Of a stretch of DNA of 64,000 nt, positions 52,558-64,000 are shown piece after piece. The notes beneath the pieces were generated by a model that saw only the letters and a list, made by a program, of their open reading frames with translations, did not search any database and was not told where the DNA came from. The translations under genes were made by a program, and so were the position numbers. Origin of the DNA: Lama glama (Eukaryota); NCBI GenBank assembly GCA_028534125.1, contig CM052816.1, forward strand, positions 18,602,001 to 18,666,000, written 5' to 3'. Position 1 is the stretch's first letter. Each line of letters starts with the position of its first letter.

Positions 52558-53025
52558 CAGATTAAGTTTGCTAGCAAATATAAACATATATATTTTGTAT
52601 ATATTTATATACAAAAGTATATTGTCATTATTCCTCTTCCTTTTGCCCCATTTCCAAATCCTAAAGAAATATTGACAACCTGTGTCACCATGTTTACCCT
52701 GTGGCTTTCTGTGTTATCTGGCCAACCTCCAGGAACTTCTGGTTGAAAAACATGGCCTAGGGGGCTGGAAAGGGAATCAAGGAGCAAGAGGTTTATGGGC
52801 CCATTTGGTGTCATTCAAAGGGGAAACATTTTCTAGTCCACTTTATCATGGAAAGGGAAAGAGATTTCAGATTGGATCACACAGTTGGTTGAAAACACTT
52901 AAAATTCTTATCTCTTTTTGCTCTCATTCCACATTCATCAAATCACTTTCCCAAGGGTTTTAACACCAAGAAGGGAGCACATCCTTCCATTAGAGAGGAA
53001 TAATCTCCACTGAAAGTCACCTATC

Positions 53026-53376
53026 GAGGCTGAGCCAAGATGGCGGAGTAGAGAGACTCACAGCTCGCCCTCTCCCACAAATACACCATGAATTACATCT
53101 ACAAACCCACTGAACTGCACAGAACACCTGCTGAACTCTGGCAGAGTGTCTCTCACTTCTGTCTCCTCCATTCAGAGGATTCTCACAAAATCCAATAAAT
53201 AGTAAGTGTATATTGTATAGCACAAGGAACTATATTCAATATCTTGTTCTAACTTATGGTGAAAAAGAATATGAAAATGAATATATGTATGTTCATGTAT
53301 GACTGAAGCATTGTTCTGTATATCAAAAATTGACACAACATTGTAAACTGATTGTACTTCAATAAAAATAATTTAA
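53026..53376 (+). mobile_element. Bipartite L1-derived element (L1 5' start fused to L1 3' tail) with 13-bp TSD
   Basis: TSD AAAGTCACCTATC at 53013-53025 and 53377-53389; 5' part begins GAGGCTGAGCCAAGATGGCGGAG; 3' part (~53195-53376) aligns to the local L1 tail at 22864-23040. Confidence 0.85.
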
Positions 53377-53533
53377 AAAGTCACCTATCTATCTGTCTCT
53401 CTACCTATCTATCTCTGTACATTTATTAGGCTCCCTGTAACTTGATGAACTTGAATCACTCTCCCAGAATCTGAGTCTTAGGCACTGAAAAAACTAAGGG
53501 CCAGACTCTGGATTAAGGTAAATTCACCTTAAT

Positions 53534-53722
53534 CAAGGATGACAAGTAGATTTTAATATATATGCTAACTTTAATAATTAAAAGTTGGGAAAGACTGTGA
53601 TGAGCAAGATCGTGAGGACATGCCTGAGTGTAGTCTGACAGAACAGCATGCTTGACTAATAATGTCTACCTTGCATACAGGCAGGAACATAATGGTATAT
53701 GTACTGCATATTTGCTACCCTG
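53534..53722 (+). mobile_element. MER112-like hAT element
   Basis: Degenerate TIRs CAAGGATGACAAGTAG...TATTTGCTACCCTG. Confidence 0.55.
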
Positions 53723-54151
53723 ACTTAGCATATGCTCCCTCAGGGGCTTCTAGCCAGAAAACCTCCTAGCCACATCCCTCGAACCCTGAAGTACTGCATC
53801 ACTCAGGTAATAAAGTTGCATTATGTGTCCACATTTCACCAAAGTTTTTCACCTTCAGTAGCTTACAACTTAATTAAAGGCAAATCAAACCTAATACTGA
53901 CTCGACTGTAAGGAACATAATCTGTCCCCTCCATTATTTCATCAATGAAAAAGGAAATGGTTGATTAGAAAAGGCTTCTTTAGGTTCCTATCTTCTAGGA
54001 TAAGTCAACTACTTCATACACTAGAAAATTCAGAAACACTTCTCTATATTAAAATTATTTTTGTAATCAAACCCCCTTGCTTATTTCACCTCCCAAAGCA
54101 GTGGTGACTATCTCATACTTGTAATTCTTTCCCTTCTGTGTCATCACAGAT

Positions 54152-54210
54152 TGTGTGTGTGTGTGTGCGTGTGTGTGTGTGTGTGTATGTATGTGTGTGT
54201 GTGTGTGTGT
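54152..54210. repeat. (TG)n microsatellite
   Basis: About 29 dinucleotide units with a few CG/TA interruptions. Confidence 0.95.
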
Positions 54211-54599
54211 AGGGGGGTTGGGACAGGTAGGAAATATGATTTCAGTGTTTACTTAGCTTTTTAAAGTCACAGCTGTAAGATGCCAAGTGAGGCCTCATCA
54301 TTAAACTAAGGCTCCCGCTAGCCACAATGTGAGTATTTACTGCCTTCTTCAGTCTAATCATGACGAGGCGGACCTCCGTAGAGTGATTCTGGATGCAGTT
54401 TTTCAGGTTTCTCTGTGCATTTGGTTAATAAACCAGTGGCTTATTACAGCCTGCTGTTTCTAAGTAGGTCCGTTCCAGTGAAACACAGGAGAAGGAGTGA
54501 GGAAGGGAGGGCGCCAGTGTATTCAGTCTGGGCACCCAGGCCAACAACCTTTGGTAAAGCACATTGGCCTCACCCCTTTCACAAAGGCCTTCAAACTGA

Positions 54600-54620
54600 A
54601 GATCAAAGCAAAGATCAAAG
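54600..54620 (+). promoter_or_regulatory. Tandem TCF/LEF consensus sites
   Basis: AGATCAAAG at 54600-54608 and 54612-54620. Confidence 0.5.
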
Positions 54621-55189
54621 ACACTGAAGAAATGATTTCCATGCCCTCTCAGCCATTCTTCCTACAGCTAAAGAGAACCAAAAAGGTTTCATGTAAATTT
54701 TACCCAAGTGAAAACACCCAGACATACCCAACAATTTAACTTTCATTATTTAGTGTTCTATTGAAATGCTTGGTCTTGCACTTTTAGTGCTACGCTCAGT
54801 TGAAAATAGTACCTATTTGATAAAACACGGGTATGTTTCCAATAAGAGTGACTAGATAAAAATAAAGAGAAGCATAAGCCTAAATGTTAGTGGGGAACTT
54901 ATATTTTATACTCTTGGGAAAATTTTAGGGTAATTTTTGTAATAAGAATGCATTACTTATAAAATCAGAGCAATATATATAGCCACTTCTTAAAAATCCA
55001 TAGAGATATTATTAACAGAAGGATATAATATCTCAAAAGGCTTTAAGGAGAGCCTTAAAAGAAGAAAATCAAGGGCTTTCTTTGGCTAATAGATTATCAG
55101 AGAGAAGTAAGAGAATAGGAGAGACACTGGGCAAGGAAAGAAGCCTACATACTCACACCAGAGGTTTAAACATCTGTAACATTTATCTA

Positions 55190-55277
55190 GCAGGAGGGTA
55201 TAGCTCACTGGTAGAGTGCATGCTTAGCATGCAGGAGGTCCCAGGTTCAATTCCCGGTACCTCTGTTAAAAAAAAAA
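55190..55277 (+). mobile_element. Camelid tRNA-Ala-derived SINE (Vic-1 type)
   Basis: GGAGGGTATAGCTCACTGGTAGAGTGCATGCTTAGCATGCAGGAGGTCCCAGGTTCAATTCCCGGTACCTC plus A-tail; A box 55201-55211, B box 55244-55254; TSD TTATCTA at 55183-55189 and 55278-55284. Confidence 0.85.
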
Positions 55278-56416
55278 TTATCTACAACAGAGAAAGGGCC
55301 TCAGAATCAGCACTTGGATATCAGTATTTTTGAAGTGCACATCTCACATATAAACACGACCTACAGGCCACCAGAGTCTGCCCACAAACATGTCATTCTT
55401 ATGATGAGATCTTCTCAGGGCTTCCGTTACCTATCCCAGCCACAGGACACTGAAAGCGGACTGAGGCTTACATCCAATTCCACTTACTAGAAGATGAGAA
55501 GGCAGAGCTATACGTCCATCAGCAAGAATAGTTCTGAGTCCTTCCTGTGCTCTAGTTCAGCCCCGCAGTGGGCAAACCCGGCCATCTGTGAGATGCTGGG
55601 CCATGGCCAAGGGCTCTGTCCCAGCTCAAGGACACAGGGCTACCTGACCCACACAGCGATCTTCTACGACACCAGCTTCATTAGCCCACTGCCCTCACCA
55701 AACGAAAGAAACAGTCTGTTCTGATTTGAACTGGAAAACACTGCCAATGATTGACTTTCAGGAACAGCTGCCCTGTGCTGTGTTAATGGTTAGGAGCAAC
55801 TGACACCACCAAAAATTAGTAGGAATTCCCTGGTCCTTCTCATCCTAACATAGTCTAAGTTTTGGGAGTTTGTCAATCTCTATTAAAGTAGAATAGAAAG
55901 TGGCTATTTCCATAGTGATGTGGGTATGGTTTGGTACCATTCAATTCCATGAACAATTGTCAAGGCTTTGTGTTGAGGTTTGGTGGCAGAAGCTTTTTCT
56001 TCATCCCAGTATTGAGTCTAATTTTTCTTTATTCTACGTCCCTTGTATTGAGGACATCCATTTATACTTGCAGCACATCAACAGTGGTGATAATTTCACT
56101 AATTTTGAACAGGTTTCTAGACTTGGTGAAAGCTGAGCATAGTTAGCGGCACACATGCAATGATGCCAAATACTGCATTCAACACAATATATAGGAGTGT
56201 GTGTGGGCAGGGTTCCCCCAACCTTTTCTTCTAGCTAATCCATTCCACTGTCTTACATCTCTAAAACTTTTCTCCCACAAACTCTGTATTTTTAATCTGG
56301 AGAAGAATAGGACCCTATGCTGGGAGGTCATCTGCAAATTTATAAGTTGGCCATCTCTATCAAACAGTTTCTCTCCGTTGTTTTCAGGTTACGATTAAAT
56401 ATTAATCGTTCAATAT

Positions 56417-56772
56417 TGTTATGGTCTAAATGTGTCTCCCCAAAATTGTAAGTTGAAATCCCAATGCCAATGTAAGAGTATTAAGAGGTGGGACCTTGGG
56501 AAGCGCTTAGGTCATGAGGGTGGAGCCCCTGCAAATGGAATTAGCGCCCTTAAAAAAGAGACAGAGAGAGCTTCACCACCCACTTCGGCCATGTGAGGAC
56601 AGAGTGGGAAGTCAGCAGCCTGCAACCTGGAAGAGGACCCTGACCAGAACCAGCCATGCTGGCGCCCTGATCTCGGACGTTCAGACTCCAGAACTGCAAG
56701 ACATAAATTTCTGTGACTTATGAGTCACCTCATCTATGGCGATCTCTACAGCTGCCTGAACAAACTATGACA
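56417..56772 (+). mobile_element. MLT1A-type MaLR solo LTR
   Basis: TGTTATGGTCTAAATGTGTCTCCCCAAAATT...GCCATGTGAGGACA...CAGACTCCAGAACTG...ACTATGACA. Confidence 0.88.
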
Positions 56773-57733
56773 AACACAAAATATTAACATATCAAAATCA
56801 ACTTGTTCATAAACTCCTGCAATTTGGCCAATCTTCTCACTTGGCTATTTTGGCATGAAGTCACTATCCACCTCATTGGAAGCAGAAGACAGAGTTACAG
56901 AGAAGCAGAGACAGCGTGGGAGTTGCAGATCTGACCCTTGCAATTGGGTGAGCTCTTATTTTATCTCAAGCTTTTCTAACAAGAGATGAGAATCATGTGT
57001 TGAAAGTAACTTTTAGTTAATTTCAATATAGGAAAAATAGTTTTATCACCACTGCCATCAAATTTCAACTAGAGCCAGTTTTAAATACCTCCTCATCCTG
57101 GGCCCCTCTACCCTTGGTAAAAGTGCTAAGAAAAATAGAATGATCAATGCACGAGGCATGGGTTGGGGGATGAGGGGTGGGAAAGAAACATGAGGTCAAT
57201 TTACAGTGCTGTTTGCTATGTCTTGCAAAAATTAAATGCCCATTAGTAACAGTAGCCCAACAAGTATCTGTACTTCCACATGTGTTCCTTCGTGAAATAG
57301 AGCTCAGAGAAGATACAGGTCTCCTTCAGACTTGCTATTAACAGATCAGTGTTTCTAATCAAAAGATCTCTAACATGCAGCAACCAACTGAACATTCCTT
57401 ACAATCACTGATTATACACAGAAAACAGTGACTCTGGCTTCTGGCCCATTTCAAAATGGACATTTGCCCACCCTTGTTCAGAACAAAAGTTCAGTTAGAA
57501 AGCTTATAGTTGCTTTAATTCCCCTCTATTTCCTTAAACACAATGGAGTTTAATTATTGTATTTAATAATATTGAAATCTGGTGATTTTCTAATGTAAGG
57601 ATTATGGTGCAAGTAATTTAATATGCTAATGCCCACTGTAATATTCTTAAACCTGTCAGTAATCATCTAGATAACTGTAATTAAACAAGTCCTTCATTTG
57701 AGTTATAAAAAAAATATTGGGCATACCTTAGAT

Positions 57734-57944
57734 TAGGGTTTCCCAACCTTGGCACGACTGACATTTTAGGCCAGATAATTCTTTGTTGTGGGGTCTGTTC
57801 TGTGTCTGGTAAGAGGTTTAGCAGAGCTGCTGGCCTTAATCCACTATGTTCCAACAGCACCCCTATAGACAGGACAAGCAAAAATGTCTCCAGACAGTGC
57901 CGAATGTTCCAGGGGGACAAAATCCTCCTGGTTGAGAACCAATG
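57734..57944 (+). mobile_element. MER20 hAT DNA transposon
   Basis: TAGGGTTTCCCAACCTTGGCAC..TGACATTTTAGGCCAGATAATTCTTTGTTGTGGGG...GGTTGAGAACCAATG with perfect 8-bp TSD CCTTAGAT (57726-57733 and 57945-57952). Confidence 0.92.
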
Positions 57945-58019
57945 CCTTAGATAAATATCAGTTGTCTAAAAGAGAACCTCTTTGGATGATTCTAACACAG
58001 CAGAACTTACTTACTTCCC

Positions 58020-58225
58020 CATAGATTTGAATTCCAGATCTGCTACTTCCCATGTGACCTTGGGTGAATTTACCTAATCAAGCTGTGCCTTTGTTTTCTC
58101 CTCTGGAAAATGGGAATTATAATAGTGCCTACAATAGTACCTTCATGAAGAGTAAATCAAATGATCCATAAAAAGTGTCAGAAGAGTACTAAGCAAACAG
58201 GAAGCACTCAGTAAGTGTGGGCGGC
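58020..58225 (+). mobile_element. MIR SINE
   Basis: TTTGAATTCCAGATCTGCTACTT..TGTGACCTTGGGTGAATT...AAATGGGAATTATAATAGTGCCTAC. Confidence 0.75.
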
Positions 58226-59399
58226 GACTACTGCTATTGTTAATGTTTTCATCCCAATTTCAGCTTTTAGAGGTTCTCACTATGCAATTCATGAGCTAGG
58301 GCTCTCAGGATATTCAGCTGGAAAGTAAAAATCTGAGTAAGGACCGCTGCTCCTTTGAACAAGCAATATGATGCAGGGGTAAAATATAAATTGTGGAATC
58401 AGAAAATTAAGGTCTAATTCTCATTTCCTTGGGATTTCCAAATCCCAAACTTTCTATCTTCAGGAACATTATCTGCAAAGCAGGGCTGGGAGGAACATCA
58501 TCAAAGTTATATTTGAAAATGAACAATAAAACCTCTACTTTTAAAACTGCTCTGAAAATTACTGCAACATGTGACAGTTGGCCATGAAAACACTGCTCCC
58601 AGGGTCCTGTCTAGGGAGGGTAATTCACCAAGGTCTCCAGCTCGTCTGTGCTTTGAAATCCATCACCTCACCTGCACCAAAGACTATGTCTCTCTCTGGC
58701 TGCTCCCCAGTGATGACTGCACTGGAGGGAGGATACAAAGGTAGGCCCATTCCTGGGAGACACAGCCCTCCTCCGTCCCTGGCTCTAGTGAAAATGAAAT
58801 AAGATAAGCACCAAGAGGAGGCCTGACACATACGCTGCACTGTGCAGTAAGTACTTGGTACTATACTTACAAACATTAGCCCAGTTCCATATGTTAATTC
58901 CTCACAACTTTTGTTCTTAGATATCCCATGAAGGAAAAAGCATATCTGAATTTAATAATATCACCTTATTGCTTGTGATATTTTGCCACACACAGTTTCA
59001 CAAATCTAAGCATTTACACATTTTGTATGAATGTGTTTGATATTACATTTTGATGGATTAAATTATATTGTTATACCCCATGTATGACTATATGATAATT
59101 CATCTTTTCCTCTACTTATGGGTATTTTGGATGCTGTTAATTTTAGATTATTATAAATAAGCAAATATTTAAAAGCACATATTTAAAGGAAAGAAATACA
59201 ATTTTATCAAAATAGTAAAAATTATTTGCAAATATTATACAGATGAAACATAACTGAGCTGATAATCCAAAAAAATCCAAGGAATATACTAAAGAATATG
59301 TTATAGAGGGTCATACATTATTAACGGTCTTTTTTGAAATATGTCCTACCCAGGAAATGAAAGATAGATCTACTAGCAGATAGTAGTAAATGTTCAGTT

Positions 59400-59737
59400 T
59401 TTCACATGGATATTCTTCCCCCAGGAGACAGTCACTCTTCACCTAGCCTTATCACTTTCTGTTAATATTTAGCCAGCATTTCCAATAAAGTTAGCTTCCT
59501 CAGATCAAAAGCTTTTACATAGGACCTACATGGGAACCAAACAGCTATCCATGGAATATTAGAATCTGACTTCCTACAATCTCCTATTTTTTTGTGTCTC
59601 ACACGAAATTAATGAGAGATGCAGAATTCTAAGGCTAAGTAGCTAGAAGATACTGAGTCAAACGTGATCTCTCAAGAGAGTGTGGGGGCAACCCTAATTA
59701 TCAGAGGAAGAAACATCCAAAGGGCGACCAAAGCCAA
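59400..59737 (+). promoter_or_regulatory. LECT2: LECT2 proximal promoter / 5' UTR
   Basis: Immediately upstream of the ATG; HNF1-like GTTAATATTTAGC at 59461-59473 and AP-1 TGAGTCA at 59654-59660. The TSS cannot be located from sequence alone. Confidence 0.6.
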
Positions 59738-59783
59738 ATGTTTTCCACAGAAGTCCTCCTTCTGGCTGTTCTGATTTTGCCTG
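59738..59783 (+). CDS. LECT2: LECT2 coding exon 1 (signal peptide)
   Basis: ATG...MFSTEVLLLAVLILP plus G, then donor GTAAGT; matches the LECT2 signal peptide (human MFSTKALLLAGLIST). Confidence 0.95.
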
Positions 59784-61242
59784 GTAAGTCAAAGTTACAA
59801 CTTTAGAATCTTGGCTATTTCTTAAGAACTGACTTCAAGGATAGATCTGAAAGTCATTAGTATCACAATCACAACAGAAACTTGTATATTTGGTTACCAA
59901 AAATGGAACAGGAAGGGCACACGGGGGGAAGGGTTGCTCTCAATGATTTGCACAGGAATGTTCTGTTTCTCTAATGAGAGAAACAAGAGTGGGACGGGAG
60001 GACTTTAAGAAAAGTCCATTGTAGTCTAGGACTTAATTGTAACAAAATTAGAAAGTAAAAAGTTTGTGTAAGAATCTGATTTAGAAAATCCCTAATTCAG
60101 AGGTTGGTGCGGATTAGAACAAGGGGAACACTCCCTTAACTGTCATAGCAGGAGAGGAAAATGAATAAATTAAGAAACTGTCTAATACATGCCTCATTTC
60201 CCAAGAACTATTAGTTGCCAAAGTGACTTGAAGCTTGGCTGCAAGGTATAAGACTTTTGAAATCCATCTTTTATAAGTATATTAAAGAATAAGCTTACTG
60301 GCCATATTCTGTAGCTTCTCGTCATAGCACATATATTAAAGAATAACAAAACATCCTCAAATGAAATCAACAACTGAATTAGCAGATTCTTGCTTTTGCT
60401 TTTGTTTTTGTTAGTCTGTTCTGAAGTGGAAGGATGAGTCTACTAACGCGTCTCTCTGTGAATGTTAACAATTGGAAACCTGGAAAACTGAATTCAATTG
60501 AACATTTGTTAAGTACTTACGATACTACGGAGAAGTTGTACTGAAAACAAAGGTTGCACAAAATACACTGAGAGCCAGCCCCTTCCTCCACATTTCACAG
60601 CTTCATAGTTTTTCACATAATTGTTTTACTCCCTTCCCCGCCTTCTCTTCTCACTCCATTCTAGGCTAAACTGGTTTATGTTCTTATTTCTAAGAATCTC
60701 CTCTTCCATGTTTGCAAATATGAAAGAGATTTATTTAGTGTTAAATAAACCAGTTCAGAGTTTGTTTCTCCTTTAATTCAAACATTTTCTTGAATTTGAT
60801 TACCAGGACTAGCAATAAAGAGCATATCAAAGTTCCTTTAGAACTTCTAGACTTACTTGTTTGAGATAAGCTATTTGATTATTATTATTTAACCTAAACG
60901 CAGTGGTCCCCATGCCAAGCCATGAGCAAAGAAAATTTGAAAAGCACAATCTATACCATTTATTAGTAGACAATCTGAAACAAACTACAACAATGAAGGT
61001 TAATGCTTATAAGTAAACACATTTACAAATATTTTGTATGTCAGGAAACAGATTTCTATGGCCAGGGAAAAAGTCAATTTCATATCTGAATCAGGAGTTA
61101 AAGGAAGTCTACCCCATAAACTAGAGAAAATTAGAGAAAAAGTACAGTGAAAACAATTTCTAAATCCACTGGGAGACACAAGGATAATGGAGATTGGAGG
61201 TACATGGTCAGGAAATCTGCTTCTCATGTTTCTCCTTTTTAG

Positions 61243-61339
61243 CACTGGCTGGACCATGGGCTACTATATGTGCTGGCAAGTCTTCCAATGAGATCAGGAT
61301 GTGTGACAGCCATGGCTGTGGCCAGTACATTGCTCAAAG
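61243..61339 (+). CDS. LECT2: LECT2 coding exon 2
   Basis: Acceptor TCTCCTTTTTAG; encodes (A)[31 protein letters not shown](R); donor GTAATG; phase consistent with exons 1 and 3. Confidence 0.97.
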
Positions 61340-61559
61340 GTAATGGGGTTTCACAAACAACCATAAACTCTTTTGGCTCCTAACTTCTTTGCTTATTAGC
61401 ACCCTTGCCCTAATCATCTCCCTTCTGACAGCAGGAAAATTCGGAGATGAAACCACTTACATTACTTTGTTTGGAGCAACTTTCAAGAACACTGCTCCAA
61501 CTCTGGGCTCTGAACTGGGAACAGAGCACTGAATAAGGAAAAGAGAGAGGGGAGCAAAC

Positions 61560-61740
61560 TGTTTTCCCTCTCAACATTTTCACGTGTTGACTCATCTTAC
61601 CTGGTCCTTCCAAGGTGAAAAACATTACCATTCCACTTCATAAATGAGGAACTTGAACTGGGGCACCAAAGGGTTAAGGGACCTGCTGAATACAGTTGGA
61701 GGTGGTGAAGGCTGGACAGGGAGTCAGGCTTTTAGATCCT
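61560..61740 (-). mobile_element. MIR fragment in LECT2 intron 2
   Basis: ATTACCATTCCACTTCATAAATGAGGAAC...AAAGGGTTAAGGGACCTGC. Confidence 0.55.
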
Positions 61741-62800
61741 GTTCCCATCAAACCGTAGTGTTATTGACCCAGGCTCTGGGATGGGAACTGAACACCAGAG
61801 GCTGGCCCTCAACAGGTAATTTCTTCCAGGCAATGGGGGACACTCTTGTGAATTTTCAATAATGCACAGTACCACCTTGGGAGAGCCACTTTCTGATGAA
61901 ATAGCCATGTGTCCAAGTACATCACTGATCTCCATCCTAACCACAGAACTCAGCACTCATATAGATACTACATACAAAGTAACCTCAAATACCCAGAATA
62001 GGGCAAAGAGATGGAACATATGGGAAAATGGCCTCTGAATTATCAAAATAAGGCTCAATTACTTCACACCCTAAAGTTTATGCACTTGACTTTACAATAA
62101 CTTACTGGCTCTTCACTTGGAACCTGCTCAATGTTGCTTTACACATAATTCCAACAATTTCAGTGAATCTGATTTTCCAGTAGCTTAATAGAAGGGAGAA
62201 GAGGCTGCAATGCATAGGTATCAACAGTGAGGATTGTTAGAGACAATCTCAAGAAACCTCACCATCTGGGATCATTTTGTGCTTGTGCTCCACACACTTT
62301 AATAAACACAAAAGGTATTACTCACCATATTAAAATGCTATACACAGTAAATGATGTTTATAGAGACTTCTGGATCACTGAGAGAAAAATAAGACTAGGG
62401 TAACATATGATTCTTTTATAATAGGTTCCCGTAAAAAGACAACTCTTTTCTAAGTGGTCTTGAAGGGGTCAAGGTTCAGGTAGCTACAAAATTTACTTAC
62501 ATGGATTGCCTCATTTCCCCCAAATGCCGTATAATAATAACGGCTAATAGTTTTTAAAGGCTTCCTGTGTACCAAATACTATCTTAAATGCTTTAAGTTT
62601 TACAACATGGTTATTACTACTTGCAAGGAGGGAGGGTAAAATTGGCTAAACAGAGTGAGGAAACCTGGGACATCCCAACATGTTCCAGCAGCTTCAATTT
62701 TTGATACCCTAGTCTGAGAACAGCGGGCTAACACCTTGTTCCTGGGCAATAAGGTTCCCAGGGCAGTCCCTCAGTCTGTTCGTTCTTATTTACTTCCTAG

Positions 62801-62946
62801 AAATCATAGGCTTCACCAGGGTGTGGATGTCTTGTGCTCAGATGGATCTACTGTGTATGCACCTTTCACCGGAATGATTGTGGGCCAGGAGAAACCTTTT
62901 AAAAACAAAAATGCCATCAATAATGGTGTTCGGATCTCTGGAAGAG
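62801..62946 (+). CDS. LECT2: LECT2 coding exon 3 (M23-like fold, zinc-binding HxxxD motif); exon 4 lies beyond the window
   Basis: Acceptor TTACTTCCTAG; encodes [48 protein letters not shown](G); donor GTAAGA. Confidence 0.98.
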
Positions 62947-63539
62947 GTAAGAGGTGGTGTATGTACCTGGGACACATACTGGAAATAACTGATGCTTATT
63001 TATGTAATGCATATCCTATGCATAGAAGTTTCATTCTTCCTTCAAAATGACAAAACCTAGAACATAAAGGACAAAGGTACCAAACTAAAACAGACAATGC
63101 ATTTTCAAAGATGTTCCACACTTTCCCTGAAACCATCTTTGGTATGAATACACTCCCCATCTAACTATAGTTGACTGAACGGCTTTCTTCCTGTGGCCCA
63201 TGTGGCTTAACAATCTGTGAGCGAAATCACTCTCAGCGATATTAACTGTAATAAATACTTTCATTTACCAAAACCCACACAATTCGAAAATGCTGGCATT
63301 TCTACCATAGTTGATGTGAAGTATTTTCAAACGCTCTATGTTCTAGGTAAAGTTGGGTCTCCTGGACTCCAGGCACTGGGCTTGTTGTCTGTTTGTTTTG
63401 TTCTACTGAGGGAGAACACACAGAGCAAAGTGAACGGCGGAACGGCTCCCTGAATTGTCATAAAGTGACAACATTCTGGTTACCTTAGACCAAGAACATC
63501 AGGTGCAGCCCAGAGACCCCTTGTGTTACTTTTTAGTCA

Positions 63540-63895
63540 TTATTCCCAGGAAGAGCGATCACCATCCCACCATATAGTAGTTTTGCCTGTTTTTGAAAAA
63601 TGATACAAATAGAATTAAACAGCACGCAGTCTTTTGGGTGGGGCTTCTTTTACTCCACGTAAGAGACTTTTACTCCACATATAGAGACTCACCTGTGTTT
63701 TTGCGTGTAGTTTTAGTGCCTTCACCCTTATCAATATACAGTATCCCGCTGTCTGCATGTATCTTCATTTATGTAATCATTCTTCTCTAAAGGGACATTT
63801 GGCAGTAAAGGCGATTACAGAAATGCTCCTGTGAACTTTCTTGTACAAGTCTTTTCATGAACATGAACATGCATTCCTGTGGGGAGTGGGGCCGG
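63540..63895 (-). mobile_element. Old L1 (L1ME-like) 3' fragment in LECT2 intron 3
   Basis: TAGTTTTGCCTGTTTTTGAA...GGGACATTTGG...AATGCTCCTGTGAACTTTCTTGTACAAGTCTTTT. Confidence 0.6.
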
Positions 63896-64000
63896 AAGAC
63901 ACCCCCCCACCAAGGCTGTGAGAAACATGTCCTTGAGGAACTATCTGATGGTTATCCTCTCTAGGCCTGAAACCATAAGAGAAACTGCTGCCATTAAATG

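Noticed and set aside
55190..55263. Functional tRNA-Ala gene
   Set aside because: The A-tail, TSD, imperfect stems and extra GGAG leader fit a tRNA-derived SINE rather than a tRNA gene.
1..59399. TGFBI or other protein-coding exons upstream of LECT2
   Set aside because: No TGFBI-like peptide or CpG-island first exon is visible. The short ORFs (60-160 aa) show no recognisable homology, and many overlap repeats.
59502..59511. TCF/LEF site in the LECT2 proximal promoter
   Set aside because: The sequence is AGATCAAAAG, one A more than the WWCAAAG consensus, so it was not called.
62736..63050. 104-aa ORF as a standalone gene
   Set aside because: It is LECT2 exon 3 with flanking intron sequence, bounded by canonical AG and GT sites.

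Overview
Mammalian genomic DNA, almost certainly camelid (it carries a Vic-1-type tRNA-Ala-derived SINE and cetartiodactyl-type L1 3' ends). The only protein-coding gene I can support is LECT2 on the + strand: coding exons 1-3 lie at 59738-62946 and exon 4 is beyond the window end. The first ~59.7 kb is repeat-rich non-coding sequence. By mammalian synteny it is probably the TGFBI-LECT2 intergenic interval, though no TGFBI exon is visible. It contains L1, L2, MIR, MaLR/ERV LTRs, hAT/Tigger elements and microsatellites. Repeat family names are by-eye recognition and need RepeatMasker/Dfam confirmation. The most notable observations are: (1) a ~350-bp bipartite element joining an L1 5' start to an L1 3' tail inside a perfect 13-bp TSD (53013-53389); (2) a perfect 36-bp-arm hairpin of pre-miRNA size inside an old LTR (20371-20449); (3) tandem perfect TCF/LEF sites and a hepatocyte-type motif cluster upstream of the beta-catenin target LECT2; (4) a MER41-like solo LTR with STAT-type motifs. 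I see no prokaryote-type system and no novel protein-coding gene.
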